A DNA stretch of 64,000 bases from Prevotella sp. (GCA_031285625.1 JAITVV010000092.1:96001-160000), one strand, 5' to 3'; counted from the first letter of the stretch, positions 1-11,389 are shown. The notes: a model not told the origin generated them from the letters alone. Numbers and translations: made by a program.

Positions 1-522
1 GTTACTCACCGCTTAGACCGCCCTGTAAGTGGTATAGTTGTATTTGCAAAAACGAGCAAAGCTCTCAGCCGCCTGAACGAGATGTTTAAAAACAAAGAGA
101 TAGATAAGACTTATTGGGCAATTGTAAAGAACACACCAAAAGAAGCGGAAGGTACTCTGAAGCATTATCTGGTGAAAAATGAGAAACAGAATAAATCATA
201 TGCTTATGATACAGAAAAGTCAAACTCAAAACTGGCTATTCTTCACTACAAAATGATTGCTCATTCGGAGAAATACAATTTGCTGGAAATAGATCTGGAA
301 ACTGGGCGCCACCACCAGATACGTACTCAGTTGGCTAAAATGGGATGCCCTATCAAAGGTGATTTAAAGTATGGTGCAGAGAGATCCAATCCCGATGGGG
401 GTATCAGCCTGCACGCACGTAAAATATCATTTATACATCCTGTATCTAAAGAACGGATAAAAATTATTGCTCCATTACCAAAGGATAACTTATGGCAGGC
501 TTTAGAGAAAACAGTTAGTTAG
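1..522 (+). CDS. RluA-family RNA pseudouridine synthase (5'-truncated by window edge)
   Basis: Frame is open from base 1: VTHRLDRPVSG (HRLD catalytic motif), TGRHHQIR, GDLKYG, LHAR. Confidence 0.92.
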   Translation, partial: VTHRLDRPVSGIVVFAKTSKALSRLNEMFKNKEIDKTYWAIVKNTPKEAEGTLKHYLVKNEKQNKSYAYDTEKSNSKLAILHYKMIAHSEKYNLLEIDLETGRHHQIRTQLAKMGCPIKGDLKYGAERSNPDGGISLHARKISFIHPVSKERIKIIAPLPKDNLWQALEKTVS

Positions 523-1657
523 AACTTGGTTGTACTTTACCTGTAATAATATCTTCGACATAAGGACGTATTGTACTATAGCTTACATTATCAGGAAAAG
601 TTTTGTCAAACGTATAATGATTTTCACCTTTGGTCATAGTAAATTTATATTCACCCTTAGCCACCTCTGTAGATGGGATATATTCCATTGAAACAGAAGA
701 CTCTACTTCACCTTCTTTGTTCATCACATAGAATATATTCTTTATTATAGATTGATTTGAAGGTTCTTCATAACGTTCATAAGCAAAAACATCATTACCT
801 CCTACCTGAAACTGATCTATACAAAAGTTATTGGAAATACTACCAGATACTAACTGACCTGCTTTGTATGCATTATATAGTCTCGATTTATATGAATTAG
901 CCTGATCATATAATCCTAAAGCATTATTACACTGTACCAATTTTTCATATGAATAATAGTCATCAGGCATATTCTCAATAAGCTCTTCATACGCTTCTAC
1001 CGCTTTTGTATACCGTCCAAAATCAAACTCCATTTTCCCTATATTATACAGAACTGTAACAAGAAGTTCTTTGTCCTTAACAATCTTATTTTTAGCGATA
1101 TAAAATGCCTCCAAGGCATTTTTCATATCATCCTGCCCGGCATATATGGCTCCGATCATATAATATGCCTTTTCTGAAGGAGGATTTGATGACATTGCCT
1201 TTTTATAGTTCTGTTCAGCAAGACTAATATTATCCTGACCATAATAGATATCACCCATCCCGGTGTATGCATCAGCATAGTTGGGAGATGCATCGGCTGC
1301 CTTCTTAAAACTGGCTAGTGCCTGATCAGTGCTGCCATTAATACTCTGAACAGTTCCTTTCACATAATATGCCCTAGCACATTTTGCATTCTTCTGTACA
1401 GACAGATCTGCATACATGGAAGCATTGAGCATATCATTCAAATGCAAATATGATTCAGCAACATATGCCAGTTCATCAGCAGATAAACTACGCGGTTGAC
1501 TGGCATGCTGATCCACCACTTCCTGATAATACCCCTTATCAAACAGACTTTTAATGTCATCATTTGGCATAGTTACCTGTAAGCTAGTCGAAAATGATGA
1601 GATACTAAATAATAAAACCAATGCTATAAATACAACTCTTTTCATATGCATATTCAT
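515..1657 (-). CDS. Secreted tetratricopeptide-repeat protein
   Basis: Signal peptide (MKRVVFIALVLLFS), multiple TPR-like repeats (AYYVKG, AYTGMG, AYYMIG, VLYNIG); start placed at the ATG overlapping the corA stop. Confidence 0.8.
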   Translation of the reverse strand: MNMHMKRVVFIALVLLFSISSFSTSLQVTMPNDDIKSLFDKGYYQEVVDQHASQPRSLSADELAYVAESYLHLNDMLNASMYADLSVQKNAKCARAYYVKGTVQSINGSTDQALASFKKAADASPNYADAYTGMGDIYYGQDNISLAEQNYKKAMSSNPPSEKAYYMIGAIYAGQDDMKNALEAFYIAKNKIVKDKELLVTVLYNIGKMEFDFGRYTKAVEAYEELIENMPDDYYSYEKLVQCNNALGLYDQANSYKSRLYNAYKAGQLVSGSISNNFCIDQFQVGGNDVFAYERYEEPSNQSIIKNIFYVMNKEGEVESSVSMEYIPSTEVAKGEYKFTMTKGENHYTFDKTFPDNVSYSTIRPYVEDIITGKVQPSSN

Positions 1658-2733
1658 TAAAACCATTTTTGCTTCCTTATCCATAAATATGTGAATGCCG
1701 CAATTGCTGCCAATACCACCCATGCGACCAGGTATCCATATTTCCAGGCAGTTTCGGGCATAAGCTTAAAGTTCATTCCCCATACCCCTACCATAAACGT
1801 CAGAGGTATAAACATAGTTGAGACAATTGTCAAACGCTTAATTATCTCATTCATCTTCAAGTTATTGTTATTATAATATAAATCCAACAACGATGTCAGG
1901 GATTCATGAAATGATGCCAGATCGCCTAATGTAGTTCGCATACGGTCGTCAAAATCATTAAAATAAACTACATTCTCCTCTTTTATAAGCTTATTAGTGT
2001 TATGCAGCAGGTTAGTAAACTCTTCGCGTAGAGAAACGATAGAGCGTCTTATATGCATATAGTCGACACGGCACTCATGTAATAGCTTCAATATATCAAT
2101 AGAATCTTTACCCAGAATCAATTGATCTTCGACATTGGCCAATTCATCTTCGATATCCATTACTGTATTCACATTCGATATATTTACTGCATTCAATAAG
2201 ATATAGAGAAGAAAATCCGCACCTTTCTGACGTATGAGTATATTATTCTCTTCGATATTCTTTTTCACTTCATCAAAAGCCGGAACACTGCCTTCCTGAA
2301 AACTCACGATAAAATGGTCACCCAGAATAAATGCAACCTGCATATCATCGATATCAATCACATCCTTCTCCTGATAAAAAGCAGACATTAAAACGTAAGA
2401 AACCTTATCATATCCAACTGCTTTGACAACCTGCTGATCGGCAAGTAGATCTTTTACATCAAAGCTATGCAGGCCAAATTCCTTACAAATCCGATTTACC
2501 ACATTTGCATCGGAGATACCGGTTATCTTCACCCAGTTTACTTTTGTATTATCTATCTGATCTTTTATCGTTGATTGCAACTGGATATTCTTCACCTCTA
2601 CACGCATAGCATCATATTGAATCAACTCTATTGACATGGGGATATTCTTATCTCCGAAGTAAGTTGGTTTAGCTAACAGATAGTTATTACGGGCCGGGCT
2701 ATTTTTCGATTTTTTGGGTGTCCTTCTACTCAT
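1657..2733 (-). CDS. corA: Magnesium/cobalt transporter CorA
   Basis: C-terminal MNEIIKRLT...PLTFMVGVWGMNF (GMN signature) with two TM helices; start moved to MSRRTPKK. Confidence 0.92.
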   Translation of the reverse strand: MSRRTPKKSKNSPARNNYLLAKPTYFGDKNIPMSIELIQYDAMRVEVKNIQLQSTIKDQIDNTKVNWVKITGISDANVVNRICKEFGLHSFDVKDLLADQQVVKAVGYDKVSYVLMSAFYQEKDVIDIDDMQVAFILGDHFIVSFQEGSVPAFDEVKKNIEENNILIRQKGADFLLYILLNAVNISNVNTVMDIEDELANVEDQLILGKDSIDILKLLHECRVDYMHIRRSIVSLREEFTNLLHNTNKLIKEENVVYFNDFDDRMRTTLGDLASFHESLTSLLDLYYNNNNLKMNEIIKRLTIVSTMFIPLTFMVGVWGMNFKLMPETAWKYGYLVAWVVLAAIAAFTYLWIRKQKWF

Positions 2734-2875
2734 ATTTAATAAATATGATTTGTCTATATTTAAACTATACCAAAAGTAAGAATAAAATACTATATTTGTG
2801 CACTCTGGAATGGTATTTATTAACACTGCTACAGACTGACTGACTTAAAAAAACTTGATAATCTGAATTATACGA

Positions 2876-4507
2876 ATGAGCGATGTTCTTAACGTATTAA
2901 AAAGGAAGAAAATGCAATTCTTCTTTCTTTTTTATATATTACTCTTAGTGCCCATATTATGCCCGTTAGCTGAAAACTTTTCTTTCATCGATAAAATCGC
3001 TGTTTTCTTAGTTTGCGGATTGCTTTTTGCTTCCATTTGGACACTTTCCCTTTTTATCAGTTCTAAGTCTGAGAAAGTTATTTATTCTGTTATGTTAGCC
3101 ATCTCTATCATACCGGGATCGATATATCTGGCATACCTTCTGTTTGCAAATGTTATGCTGGAGCAAAATAGTGTCACCAGCCTTTTTGAAACAAATCCTG
3201 AAGAAAGTAAGGAATTTGTTGCGCATTATCTGAGTATATGGGTTATAGTCGGTGTTCTTGTATATGCAGCCATTCCCATCGTGATGGTGTGCACAATGAG
3301 ATCGTTCAGACCTTTGAAGATAAGGGAACATAAGACTTTGTTTATCTTTGGTATTATTACATTATTATCTATTGTTGGTATCAACAGGGTATCACGTTCT
3401 GTTTATTTCATCAACTTTTACAAAACATTTGTCAGTTATAAAATCCGTACCAGTGGTGAGGTCAAGGATATAAGAAAGCGGCAAACAGAACCTTATGAAG
3501 TAAAGATAAATCAACAGGATACCATACCACAGGTATTTGTTATTGTGATAGGTGAATCATTGAACAAACATCATATGTCATTGTATGGCTATCCACGAAA
3601 CACCAATCCTTTACTATCACAATATGGAGACAGCCTGGTAGTCTATCAGGACATAGTAGCACCACATGTACATACAATCCCTGTTATTCGTTCTTTATTA
3701 TCAATGTCAGATTATGAACACTCTGAGTACTTCTCCAAAAAACCATCGATGTATGAATTATTTAATCGTGCCGGATATGATACATACTTGATAAGCAACC
3801 AGGGATTTAGCGAAGAATTACGTTCCAGTTTCGATATCTTATTCTCACTGGCAGGTACAAAATATAATCTGGCTACATATAAGCAACATGATGATATTAT
3901 ACTTCCTGTTCTTGACAAAGTATTGAAAAAAGATAATAAAAAGAATAAACTTATTATTATTCATCTAATTGGAAATCATATGGCATACGAATTCAGGTAT
4001 CCCAAAGAATATATTGTTTTCAATAACAAGAAGGATGGATTAGTACCTGATGCACTTTACAGAGACGAAAAAGCAAAGAAAACAATAGACAGATATGATA
4101 ACTCCGTATTATATAATGACTCGATTATAAACAGCGTTATCCTTTCCCTTAAAGAGCTACAGGATCAGGATGCTGTAATGGTATACTTGTCTGACCATGG
4201 CGAAGAGTTATATGACTATCGTGATTTTGCAGGCCACGCCTATGAGAAAGTCTCTCCTACTATGAGTGAGATACCTTTCATGGTCTGGATATCTCCTTCT
4301 TTTCAAAAATACAGAACAGACCTCGTTTTTGACAAAACCCGCCCTTATTCTTCCGAAGACTTCATATATTCTATTTCTGACCTTGCAGGATTAAACTATT
4401 CCGATTATGATGATACAAGGAGCCTGTTCTCAACAAAATTTACTCCCCGTAAACGTTATGTCGGAGAAAAGACCTATGAAGAAATAAAGGAAAAGTTTGA
4501 GAAATAG
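2876..4507 (+). CDS. Phosphoethanolamine transferase (EptA/CptA family)
   Basis: N-terminal TM helices, VIGES, HLIGNH, YDNSVLYND, YLSDHGEE sulfatase-like motifs. Confidence 0.9.
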   Translation: MSDVLNVLKRKKMQFFFLFYILLLVPILCPLAENFSFIDKIAVFLVCGLLFASIWTLSLFISSKSEKVIYSVMLAISIIPGSIYLAYLLFANVMLEQNSVTSLFETNPEESKEFVAHYLSIWVIVGVLVYAAIPIVMVCTMRSFRPLKIREHKTLFIFGIITLLSIVGINRVSRSVYFINFYKTFVSYKIRTSGEVKDIRKRQTEPYEVKINQQDTIPQVFVIVIGESLNKHHMSLYGYPRNTNPLLSQYGDSLVVYQDIVAPHVHTIPVIRSLLSMSDYEHSEYFSKKPSMYELFNRAGYDTYLISNQGFSEELRSSFDILFSLAGTKYNLATYKQHDDIILPVLDKVLKKDNKKNKLIIIHLIGNHMAYEFRYPKEYIVFNNKKDGLVPDALYRDEKAKKTIDRYDNSVLYNDSIINSVILSLKELQDQDAVMVYLSDHGEELYDYRDFAGHAYEKVSPTMSEIPFMVWISPSFQKYRTDLVFDKTRPYSSEDFIYSISDLAGLNYSDYDDTRSLFSTKFTPRKRYVGEKTYEEIKEKFEK

Positions 4508-4804
4508 TTAAAAATCAATCGAAAACAATTTTTCTTTCATGCTAAAGGTTTTACCTTTGTTTATAGTCAATACTTAATTTAAATTAGGTAACACATATTG
4601 CGTATGAATATGTTATTAAAAATTAATTTAATTATCTGTATATAAGTGGTTTTATATAATATTGATGTACCAAAAGGTTACTATTAATAAAATGCATAAA
4701 AGCTGTTACCTTTGTCACTTTCTAATTATATTTAGCTAGAAACAAGCAGTTTATAAAACAGAGAAAATATATTATTAATTATTACCGATTACTTATATAA
4801 CCTT

Positions 4805-7800
4805 ATGATGAAGAAATCTGTACTTTTTCTTTTCATATCATTGGTTACTGTACCACTGATATTTGCCCAGGAAGCCCGGTTACTCCGATTCCCTTCCACC
4901 AATGGTTCCGAAGTTGTTTTCTCATATGCCGGAGACTTATATAAAGTCTCGATAAATGGCGGAGAAGCCAAACGCTTAACTTCACACATCGGATATGAGA
5001 TGTTTCCGAAGTTTGCTCCGGACGGAAACTCAATTGCATTTACGGGACAATATGATGGTAATACGGAAGTGTATACCATCCCTTCTGTTGGAGGTGAGCC
5101 TTTACGGATTACATACACCCCTACAAACAGCAGGGATGATATCGGCGACCGCATGGGGCCTAATAATATTGTTATGGGGTGGACTCCTGATGGCAAAAAT
5201 ATTGTATACAGGAACCGTATTAGCGACGGATTCTCAGGTCGTCTGTTCCTTGTAAATAATGAAGGCGGATTATCAAAGGGGCTACCATTGCCTGAAGGTG
5301 GATTCTGCAGTTACTCTCCGGATGGGAAGAAACTAGCTTACAATCGTGTAATGCGTGAATTCCGCACATGGAAATATTATAAAGGCGGGATGGCTGATGA
5401 TATCTGGATTTATGATCCGGCAGCAAAATCAGTAGAAAATATCACTAACAATGATGCACAAGATATTATGCCAATGTGGATTGGTGACGACATTTACTTT
5501 ATTTCCGATAGAGACCGTACAATGAATATCTTCGTATACAATACAACATCAAAACAGACATCTAAGGTTACTAATTTTACGGAATATGACGTAAAGTTTC
5601 CAAGTCACCATGGTAACATAATTGTTTTTGAAAACGGAGGCTATATATACAAGCTGGACGTCACCAATAAGCAGCCTGTAAAAATTAATATATCGCTTGC
5701 TTCAGATAATATCTATGCAAGAAGCGAGATTAAGAATGGAGAAAAGTACTTCAATGCAGCCAGCCTTTCACCTGATGGTGAACGGATAGTAGTAACAGCA
5801 CGTGGCGAGGTTTTTAACCTACCAGTAGATAAGGGTGTTACAAAAAATATTACCCGTTCGCCCGGAGCACATGACCGTGGTGCCGAATGGTCACCTGATG
5901 GCAAATATATCGCTTATATGTCTGATGCAACAGGAGAGACTGAACTTTATATGCAAGATGCAACAGGGTCCGATCCTGTACAACTGACAAAAAACAATGA
6001 TACCTATATCCGCTCTTTTCTGTGGAGCCCTGACTCTAAATCTATAGTATATACTGATCGTAAAAACAGAGTCAATTTATTAGATATCACCTCAAAGCAA
6101 AAAACAACATTGCTACAAGATCCTGTTGGAGAACCAAGAGGAGTTGTTTTCTCTCCGGATAGTAAATGGCTGACATATAGCCGCATGGGATCGAACGACT
6201 TCAATGTAGTATATGTATTCAATATTGCAGCAAAAAAAGAATATGCAATAACAGATAAATGGTATGAGTCTTATTCTCCGGCATTCAGTAAAGATGGAAA
6301 ATATCTGATATTCACTTCAGCGCGCGATTTTAATCCAATGTATGGATCAAAAGAATGGAATCATATCTATCAGGCTTCGAACGGAATATATTTAGCGCTT
6401 CTATCTAAAGACACACCGTCTCCATTCATGGAAAAAGATGCCGAAGTAAAAACAGGAGACTCCAAGAAAGCCGATGTACAGAAAAAGGACTCCACCAATA
6501 GTGTAAAAATCGACTTTGAAGGTATTGCGGATAGAATCATTAAATTACCTATTGCCACCGGATACTATTGGAGTTTCTATTCGGATGGTACGAAAGTATA
6601 TTATAATAAACAAGGGGCTGCAGCTGTCTTCGACCTCAAAACGCAAAAGGAAGAAACTATTGCAGACGGTGCATCGATACATATAAGTAATCATGATAAG
6701 AAAGCTATATTCGTTAAGAATAAACAACTATATGTTACGAATATACCTTCGGGCAAAACAGAGTTGAAAGATCCTGTTAATTTGTCCAATATGAAAATAA
6801 CAACAGACTATCCACAAGAATGGGCTCAGATATTCGATGAGGCATGGCGTGTTTACCGTGATGGTTTTTATGTAGAAAATATGCATGGTGTAGACTGGAA
6901 AGCCATTAAACAAAAATATTCAGTGTTACTACCCTATGTAAAAAACCGTTTAGATCTCAACTATATCATTGGTGAAATGATAGGCGAGCTAAATTGTGGT
7001 CATGCATACGTAAATCCGGGTGAGGTAGACCGTGCCGAAAGAATAAATACAGGTCTGCTAGGTGCTGAAATTTCAAGAGATAAGAGTGGATTCTTCAAGA
7101 TAGAAAAGATACTGCAAGGTGCATCATGGGATAAAAAACTTCGTTCTCCGCTGACTGAAGCCGGTATTGAAGCAAATGAAGGTGACTTTATTGTGGCAAT
7201 TGACGGAGTGCCTACCAACAGTGTAAAAGATATGTATTCGTTACTCACAGGAAAAGCTGGTGTACCAACGGAAATATCATTGAATAATAAAGCCCAGTTA
7301 GCCGGAGCCCGCAAAATAGTGATCAGCCCTATAGCTGAAGAGTATTCCCTTTATCATTACGAATGGGTACAGAATAATCTGAAAAAGGTAGAGAAGGCAT
7401 CCAATGGAAAAATCGGTTATATCTACATTCCTGATATGGGGCCGGAAGGCCTAAACGAGTTTGCCCGTTACTTCTATCCTCAGCTCGATAAGGAAGGGCT
7501 TATCATAGATGACCGCGCTAATGGTGGAGGCAATGTTTCGCCAATGATTCTTGAACGTCTGTCTCGCGAACCATACCGCCTGACTATGCGTCGTGGTTCT
7601 AATCGCATAGGTACAGTGCCGGATGCTGTGCAGGTAGGCCCTAAAGTATGTCTGATAAACAAATACTCTGCATCTGACGGAGACCTCTTCCCTTGGGGGT
7701 TCAGAGCTCTGGGACTTGGTAAACTTATCGGTACACGTACATGGGGAGGTATTGTCGGCATTTCAGGTTCTATGCCATTTATCGATGGAACGGATATCCG

Positions 7801-8014
7801 GGTACCATTCTTTACCAGCTATGATGCTAAAACAGGTCAATGGATTATAGAGAATCATGGTGTCGATCCTGATATCCTGATTGATAATGACCCTATAAAA
7901 GAATGGAATGGCGAAGATCAGCAATTAAACAGAGCCATCCAAGAAGTGATGAATGATCTGAAAAACAGACAACCATTAAAACCTGTGCCAGCACCAAGAG
8001 TATGGAATAAGTAG
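4805..8014 (+). CDS. Tricorn-like S41 peptidase
   Basis: Signal peptide, WD40/PD40 repeats (SPDG), PDZ-like region, IIDDRANGGG, SASDGD, RTWGG. Confidence 0.95.
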   Translation: MMKKSVLFLFISLVTVPLIFAQEARLLRFPSTNGSEVVFSYAGDLYKVSINGGEAKRLTSHIGYEMFPKFAPDGNSIAFTGQYDGNTEVYTIPSVGGEPLRITYTPTNSRDDIGDRMGPNNIVMGWTPDGKNIVYRNRISDGFSGRLFLVNNEGGLSKGLPLPEGGFCSYSPDGKKLAYNRVMREFRTWKYYKGGMADDIWIYDPAAKSVENITNNDAQDIMPMWIGDDIYFISDRDRTMNIFVYNTTSKQTSKVTNFTEYDVKFPSHHGNIIVFENGGYIYKLDVTNKQPVKINISLASDNIYARSEIKNGEKYFNAASLSPDGERIVVTARGEVFNLPVDKGVTKNITRSPGAHDRGAEWSPDGKYIAYMSDATGETELYMQDATGSDPVQLTKNNDTYIRSFLWSPDSKSIVYTDRKNRVNLLDITSKQKTTLLQDPVGEPRGVVFSPDSKWLTYSRMGSNDFNVVYVFNIAAKKEYAITDKWYESYSPAFSKDGKYLIFTSARDFNPMYGSKEWNHIYQASNGIYLALLSKDTPSPFMEKDAEVKTGDSKKADVQKKDSTNSVKIDFEGIADRIIKLPIATGYYWSFYSDGTKVYYNKQGAAAVFDLKTQKEETIADGASIHISNHDKKAIFVKNKQLYVTNIPSGKTELKDPVNLSNMKITTDYPQEWAQIFDEAWRVYRDGFYVENMHGVDWKAIKQKYSVLLPYVKNRLDLNYIIGEMIGELNCGHAYVNPGEVDRAERINTGLLGAEISRDKSGFFKIEKILQGASWDKKLRSPLTEAGIEANEGDFIVAIDGVPTNSVKDMYSLLTGKAGVPTEISLNNKAQLAGARKIVISPIAEEYSLYHYEWVQNNLKKVEKASNGKIGYIYIPDMGPEGLNEFARYFYPQLDKEGLIIDDRANGGGNVSPMILERLSREPYRLTMRRGSNRIGTVPDAVQVGPKVCLINKYSASDGDLFPWGFRALGLGKLIGTRTWGGIVGISGSMPFIDGTDIRVPFFTSYDAKTGQWIIENHGVDPDILIDNDPIKEWNGEDQQLNRAIQEVMNDLKNRQPLKPVPAPRVWNK

Positions 8015-8028
8015 TTAGATATAAACAC

Positions 8029-8062
8029 AATAAGGCTCACATTTCAGATGGGCCTTATTTTT
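8029..8062 (+). terminator. Intrinsic terminator after the tricorn gene
   Basis: AATAAGGCTCA...TGGGCCTTATT followed by T-run. Confidence 0.7.
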
Positions 8063-8073
8063 CCACCCTTTAG

Positions 8074-8149
8074 TTTGCGTAAAAAATACGCCAAATATTT
8101 TGCTAAATAAAAAACTATACCTATATTTGCGTAATAATTACGCAAATAT
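8074..8149 (+). promoter_or_regulatory. Paired NrtR-type operators overlapping a -7 promoter
   Basis: TTTGCGTAAAAAATACGCCAA (8074-8094) and the perfect palindrome ATATTTGCGTAAT-A-ATTACGCAAATAT (8123-8149); TATATTTG -7 box at 8122-8129; both sites are GT-N7-AC. Confidence 0.85.
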
Positions 8150-8167
8150 TATTTAAACTAAAGTATT

Positions 8168-9025
8168 ATGAGTCATTCAAGCAACAGAAATAAAAGAGTT
8201 GAAAGCGCTCAACAAACTCTGGACATAATAAAACAAGGGTTCTATATAGTAGATGATGAAAAGATAGATATATCGCATACTATTGAAGAATCAGTAAAGA
8301 AAACAACCCTATATATTCCCGAATATTTTGATAAAAGGCTAAGCTATATCGAAAAGGAAATATCAGAGCGGGGTTTTCAAACCAATATTACAGTTAAGAA
8401 CTGTACGGCAATGGAAGCTGCAGCGGAACTACTCTCCCAAGGGGGCAAAACAGGCTGCTTAAACTTTGCTTCTGCCAAAAATCCCGGTGGCGGCTTCCTC
8501 GGTGGAGCACAAGCACAAGAGGAAAGTCTGGCCAGAGCTTCGGCTCTATATCCGACACAAATGAAATATTTCAAAGAATTCTATGAATATAACCGGGCAC
8601 AAAATACATATCTATATTCCGATTACATGATTTACAGTCCTGACGTAATATTTTTCAAAGATGACAGGGATGACCTTCTAGCTAAGCCTTATGTATTGGA
8701 TATCCTTACCAGTCCTGCTGTAAATATTGGAGCAATGATCCAAAACAACAGACTGGATGAAAAGGATGAAGCCGAACAAACAATGATGAGCCGTATGGAT
8801 AAACTCTTGTCCATATTTGTATCACAAGAGGTAGATAACCTTATTCTTGGTGCATGGGGCTGTGGTGTATTTCGCAATCGTCCTGAAGATGTAGCACGTT
8901 ACTTCGCCCATTATTTACTTAATGAGGGCAAATATGCCAAATGCTTTAAGAATATCACTTTTGCGGTATTCGATACAGGCAAAAAGCAAGAAAATATAAA
9001 TGCCTTTACACAAACTTTCAAATAA
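8168..9025 (+). CDS. Bacterial-type poly(ADP-ribose) glycohydrolase (TIGR02452/DUF2263 macrodomain)
   Basis: LNFASAKNPGGGFLGGAQAQEESL (GGG-x-QEE PARG loop), ILGAWGCGVFRN. Confidence 0.92.
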   Translation: MSHSSNRNKRVESAQQTLDIIKQGFYIVDDEKIDISHTIEESVKKTTLYIPEYFDKRLSYIEKEISERGFQTNITVKNCTAMEAAAELLSQGGKTGCLNFASAKNPGGGFLGGAQAQEESLARASALYPTQMKYFKEFYEYNRAQNTYLYSDYMIYSPDVIFFKDDRDDLLAKPYVLDILTSPAVNIGAMIQNNRLDEKDEAEQTMMSRMDKLLSIFVSQEVDNLILGAWGCGVFRNRPEDVARYFAHYLLNEGKYAKCFKNITFAVFDTGKKQENINAFTQTFK

Positions 9026-9089
9026 CTCCTCTCCCACTGGCACGTTGAAATGCATCATATAGCATCTTTTCTGTCAGTGGGATTATTTC

Positions 9090-11234
9090 TTACTCATTCA
9101 GAGCATGCATTAACCGATACAGGCATATTAATAAATGAGCATCCTCGATCTGATCTATACTATTCATCAAATCATCAAAATTCACCCATACTAATTCTTT
9201 TGCAGGTCTGTCTAAACATACCACATAAGGATACACTTGTTCGGTAGTAATACCCACACTCGGAAAGTATTTTTCCCCCAATTTATAATATTGCTCTATC
9301 CTACTCTCTCCTATATGCATTTCAGAAATATATTGGTTCAGACAGGCCATATTCTCAATATCTTTTGGTAAACGCTTTGCTGGAACGGTAAGAATTGTGC
9401 TATTACCACTCAAAAGTTGAGGAACAGGTAAGTCCCTAATTTCTAATCCTATATATATCTGCTCTCCTTTTTCGTATACAGGGAGGGTTAGTAATGTGTT
9501 AGAGCTGACTTTTTCAGGATATACGTACTCCAATATGGAATGGCTTCCTGTAATATCCGTTTCAGCAAAATATCCCCTCCCAATCTTTAAAAATCCAGCT
9601 CGTTCATGGCTTTCAACGAAGACATTTTTCTTTATGGAAAGTAAGTCGGATGCGTTCGCAACAGGAGTAATGAAATCATTATATTGTATCTGGATCTTTT
9701 CTCCCAGCCATTTAGGCAACTGAACGTTTTGCTTATGGAGTAAGTGATAGATATTAAGTTCTAAGCGAGCCTCAACCAAAGTTCCAGTTTGAGCATTATT
9801 TAATAACTGTATTGCATCATATTGATGAATAAATCCTGATTCTTTAAATCCTGAAAAACCATTTTTGAGAACTCTTGATTTTAGTGGCATCTCTTTCAAT
9901 TCAATAAAGTTTGAGGATACCTTTTCGTTGATGCCTCCGGGAGAAGTATAATAATTCAGTGAATGTATTATAGAAGTATATGTATCTTTGCTTATACCAA
10001 ACCTTTCGGCTAAGACAGCTTCGATATTCTCTGTATTCCCAACTGTAATTCCTTCAGGGATATATCCGCTAAAGTATTTATTATCAATCACAGGACTATC
10101 TGTTTTTACATTTACCAAAGGACGCGGATAGCCATGCTTTGCCAAGACTATGATTTTATTTCCATCTTTATAATAAGGTATAAAATCGCTTACAGGATGA
10201 GGCCTCTCAGCAACATCATAAATATGTCCCGTCTCTGTATTCTTATAAGATATATAATTCAGATAGGGCAGTTCTGAAAGAGGTAGATGACGTACAAGTT
10301 GTACTTGTTTTCCGGCTTTAATCTTCTCTCCGGCAATTAAATAATTTGTAGGAGGGAAACCTATTTCCTGGCCCTTTATATCATATAATCTGAACTGATT
10401 TTTATACCTGTTACTTATTATCCACGAATTATATATTGGGGAGGACAGTATTACCCGCAAACCCAGATTTTGAAAAGATTCTTCGAATTCTCTTTGTGTG
10501 AGATATGCATATTCTTCCTGAAGCTCAATATCCCAATTTGCATAATAATCTTTTCTACGTATAAATTCTACAGCATCAGAATAGAATATTTGGAATAAAC
10601 GAGTCTTTTTATTTTGCGATTTTAGTTCTTTTATGGGGAAGCCTCTTTCTTGAAATGGAGCTAATGATCTGGCTGTCTTGGCAAACAATAACAATAAGTC
10701 ACAATCATTAGGCCTGCCCTCTCGATCTTCCAGAGACAATTCAATGACAACTTCCTGTTCTTCCGGCTTTACAAAGTCGCGTACAACCAGGATACCTCTT
10801 TCTTTCAGCAGGTCAACCTGGCGACGCAGGGTATTTAGCGCACGATTAGTGTCATAGCCATTGTAAGAAGTAATATGATGTATTGCAGAGCAATTAAAAA
10901 ATCCGTTTACAGAATTATCCTCAAAACTATCCAATTTCTCACCATCATCTATCCTGAAAGATAGATTGGGCAACTGGTAAGTCCTTTGAGCTATTTCTAC
11001 CATCTTAGGGTTAATATCTACTCCAATAATATTTAACTCAGGAAATAATTCAGCTAAGATGGCAGAGCTTGTACCCGATGCCATACCAACATCTACAATC
11101 GTATTTTCTTTTTCCGGCTCAAAAAATGTACTGGCAGAAGCCACTTTTTCTATGGATATGGCATCCATAGCATCCAGATATTGCTGATAACTTTGCTTAT
11201 CTCCCCTGTCTTGATCAGTATAGTTTGTATTCAT
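9090..11234 (-). CDS. Class I SAM methyltransferase fused to two degenerate Nudix-like domains
   Basis: IVDVGMASG motif I, IGVDIN; C-terminal YYTSPGGINE and YFPSVGITTEQ segments resemble ADP-ribose pyrophosphatases; start moved to MNTNY. Confidence 0.7.
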   Translation of the reverse strand: MNTNYTDQDRGDKQSYQQYLDAMDAISIEKVASASTFFEPEKENTIVDVGMASGTSSAILAELFPELNIIGVDINPKMVEIAQRTYQLPNLSFRIDDGEKLDSFEDNSVNGFFNCSAIHHITSYNGYDTNRALNTLRRQVDLLKERGILVVRDFVKPEEQEVVIELSLEDREGRPNDCDLLLLFAKTARSLAPFQERGFPIKELKSQNKKTRLFQIFYSDAVEFIRRKDYYANWDIELQEEYAYLTQREFEESFQNLGLRVILSSPIYNSWIISNRYKNQFRLYDIKGQEIGFPPTNYLIAGEKIKAGKQVQLVRHLPLSELPYLNYISYKNTETGHIYDVAERPHPVSDFIPYYKDGNKIIVLAKHGYPRPLVNVKTDSPVIDNKYFSGYIPEGITVGNTENIEAVLAERFGISKDTYTSIIHSLNYYTSPGGINEKVSSNFIELKEMPLKSRVLKNGFSGFKESGFIHQYDAIQLLNNAQTGTLVEARLELNIYHLLHKQNVQLPKWLGEKIQIQYNDFITPVANASDLLSIKKNVFVESHERAGFLKIGRGYFAETDITGSHSILEYVYPEKVSSNTLLTLPVYEKGEQIYIGLEIRDLPVPQLLSGNSTILTVPAKRLPKDIENMACLNQYISEMHIGESRIEQYYKLGEKYFPSVGITTEQVYPYVVCLDRPAKELVWVNFDDLMNSIDQIEDAHLLICLYRLMHALNE

Positions 11235-11389
11235 TGTATTATATCCATTAAAAAGTAACAAAAGTAACACATTTTATATGCTTTTTTACTGTTACTTTTT
11301 CCCTTTTATCAAATCAAGAGCTCTTTATATAAGACAATTTGCATTGGAAAAACTCTTTATACTCTGTAGTTTTAGGGCCGACTTTTTTT

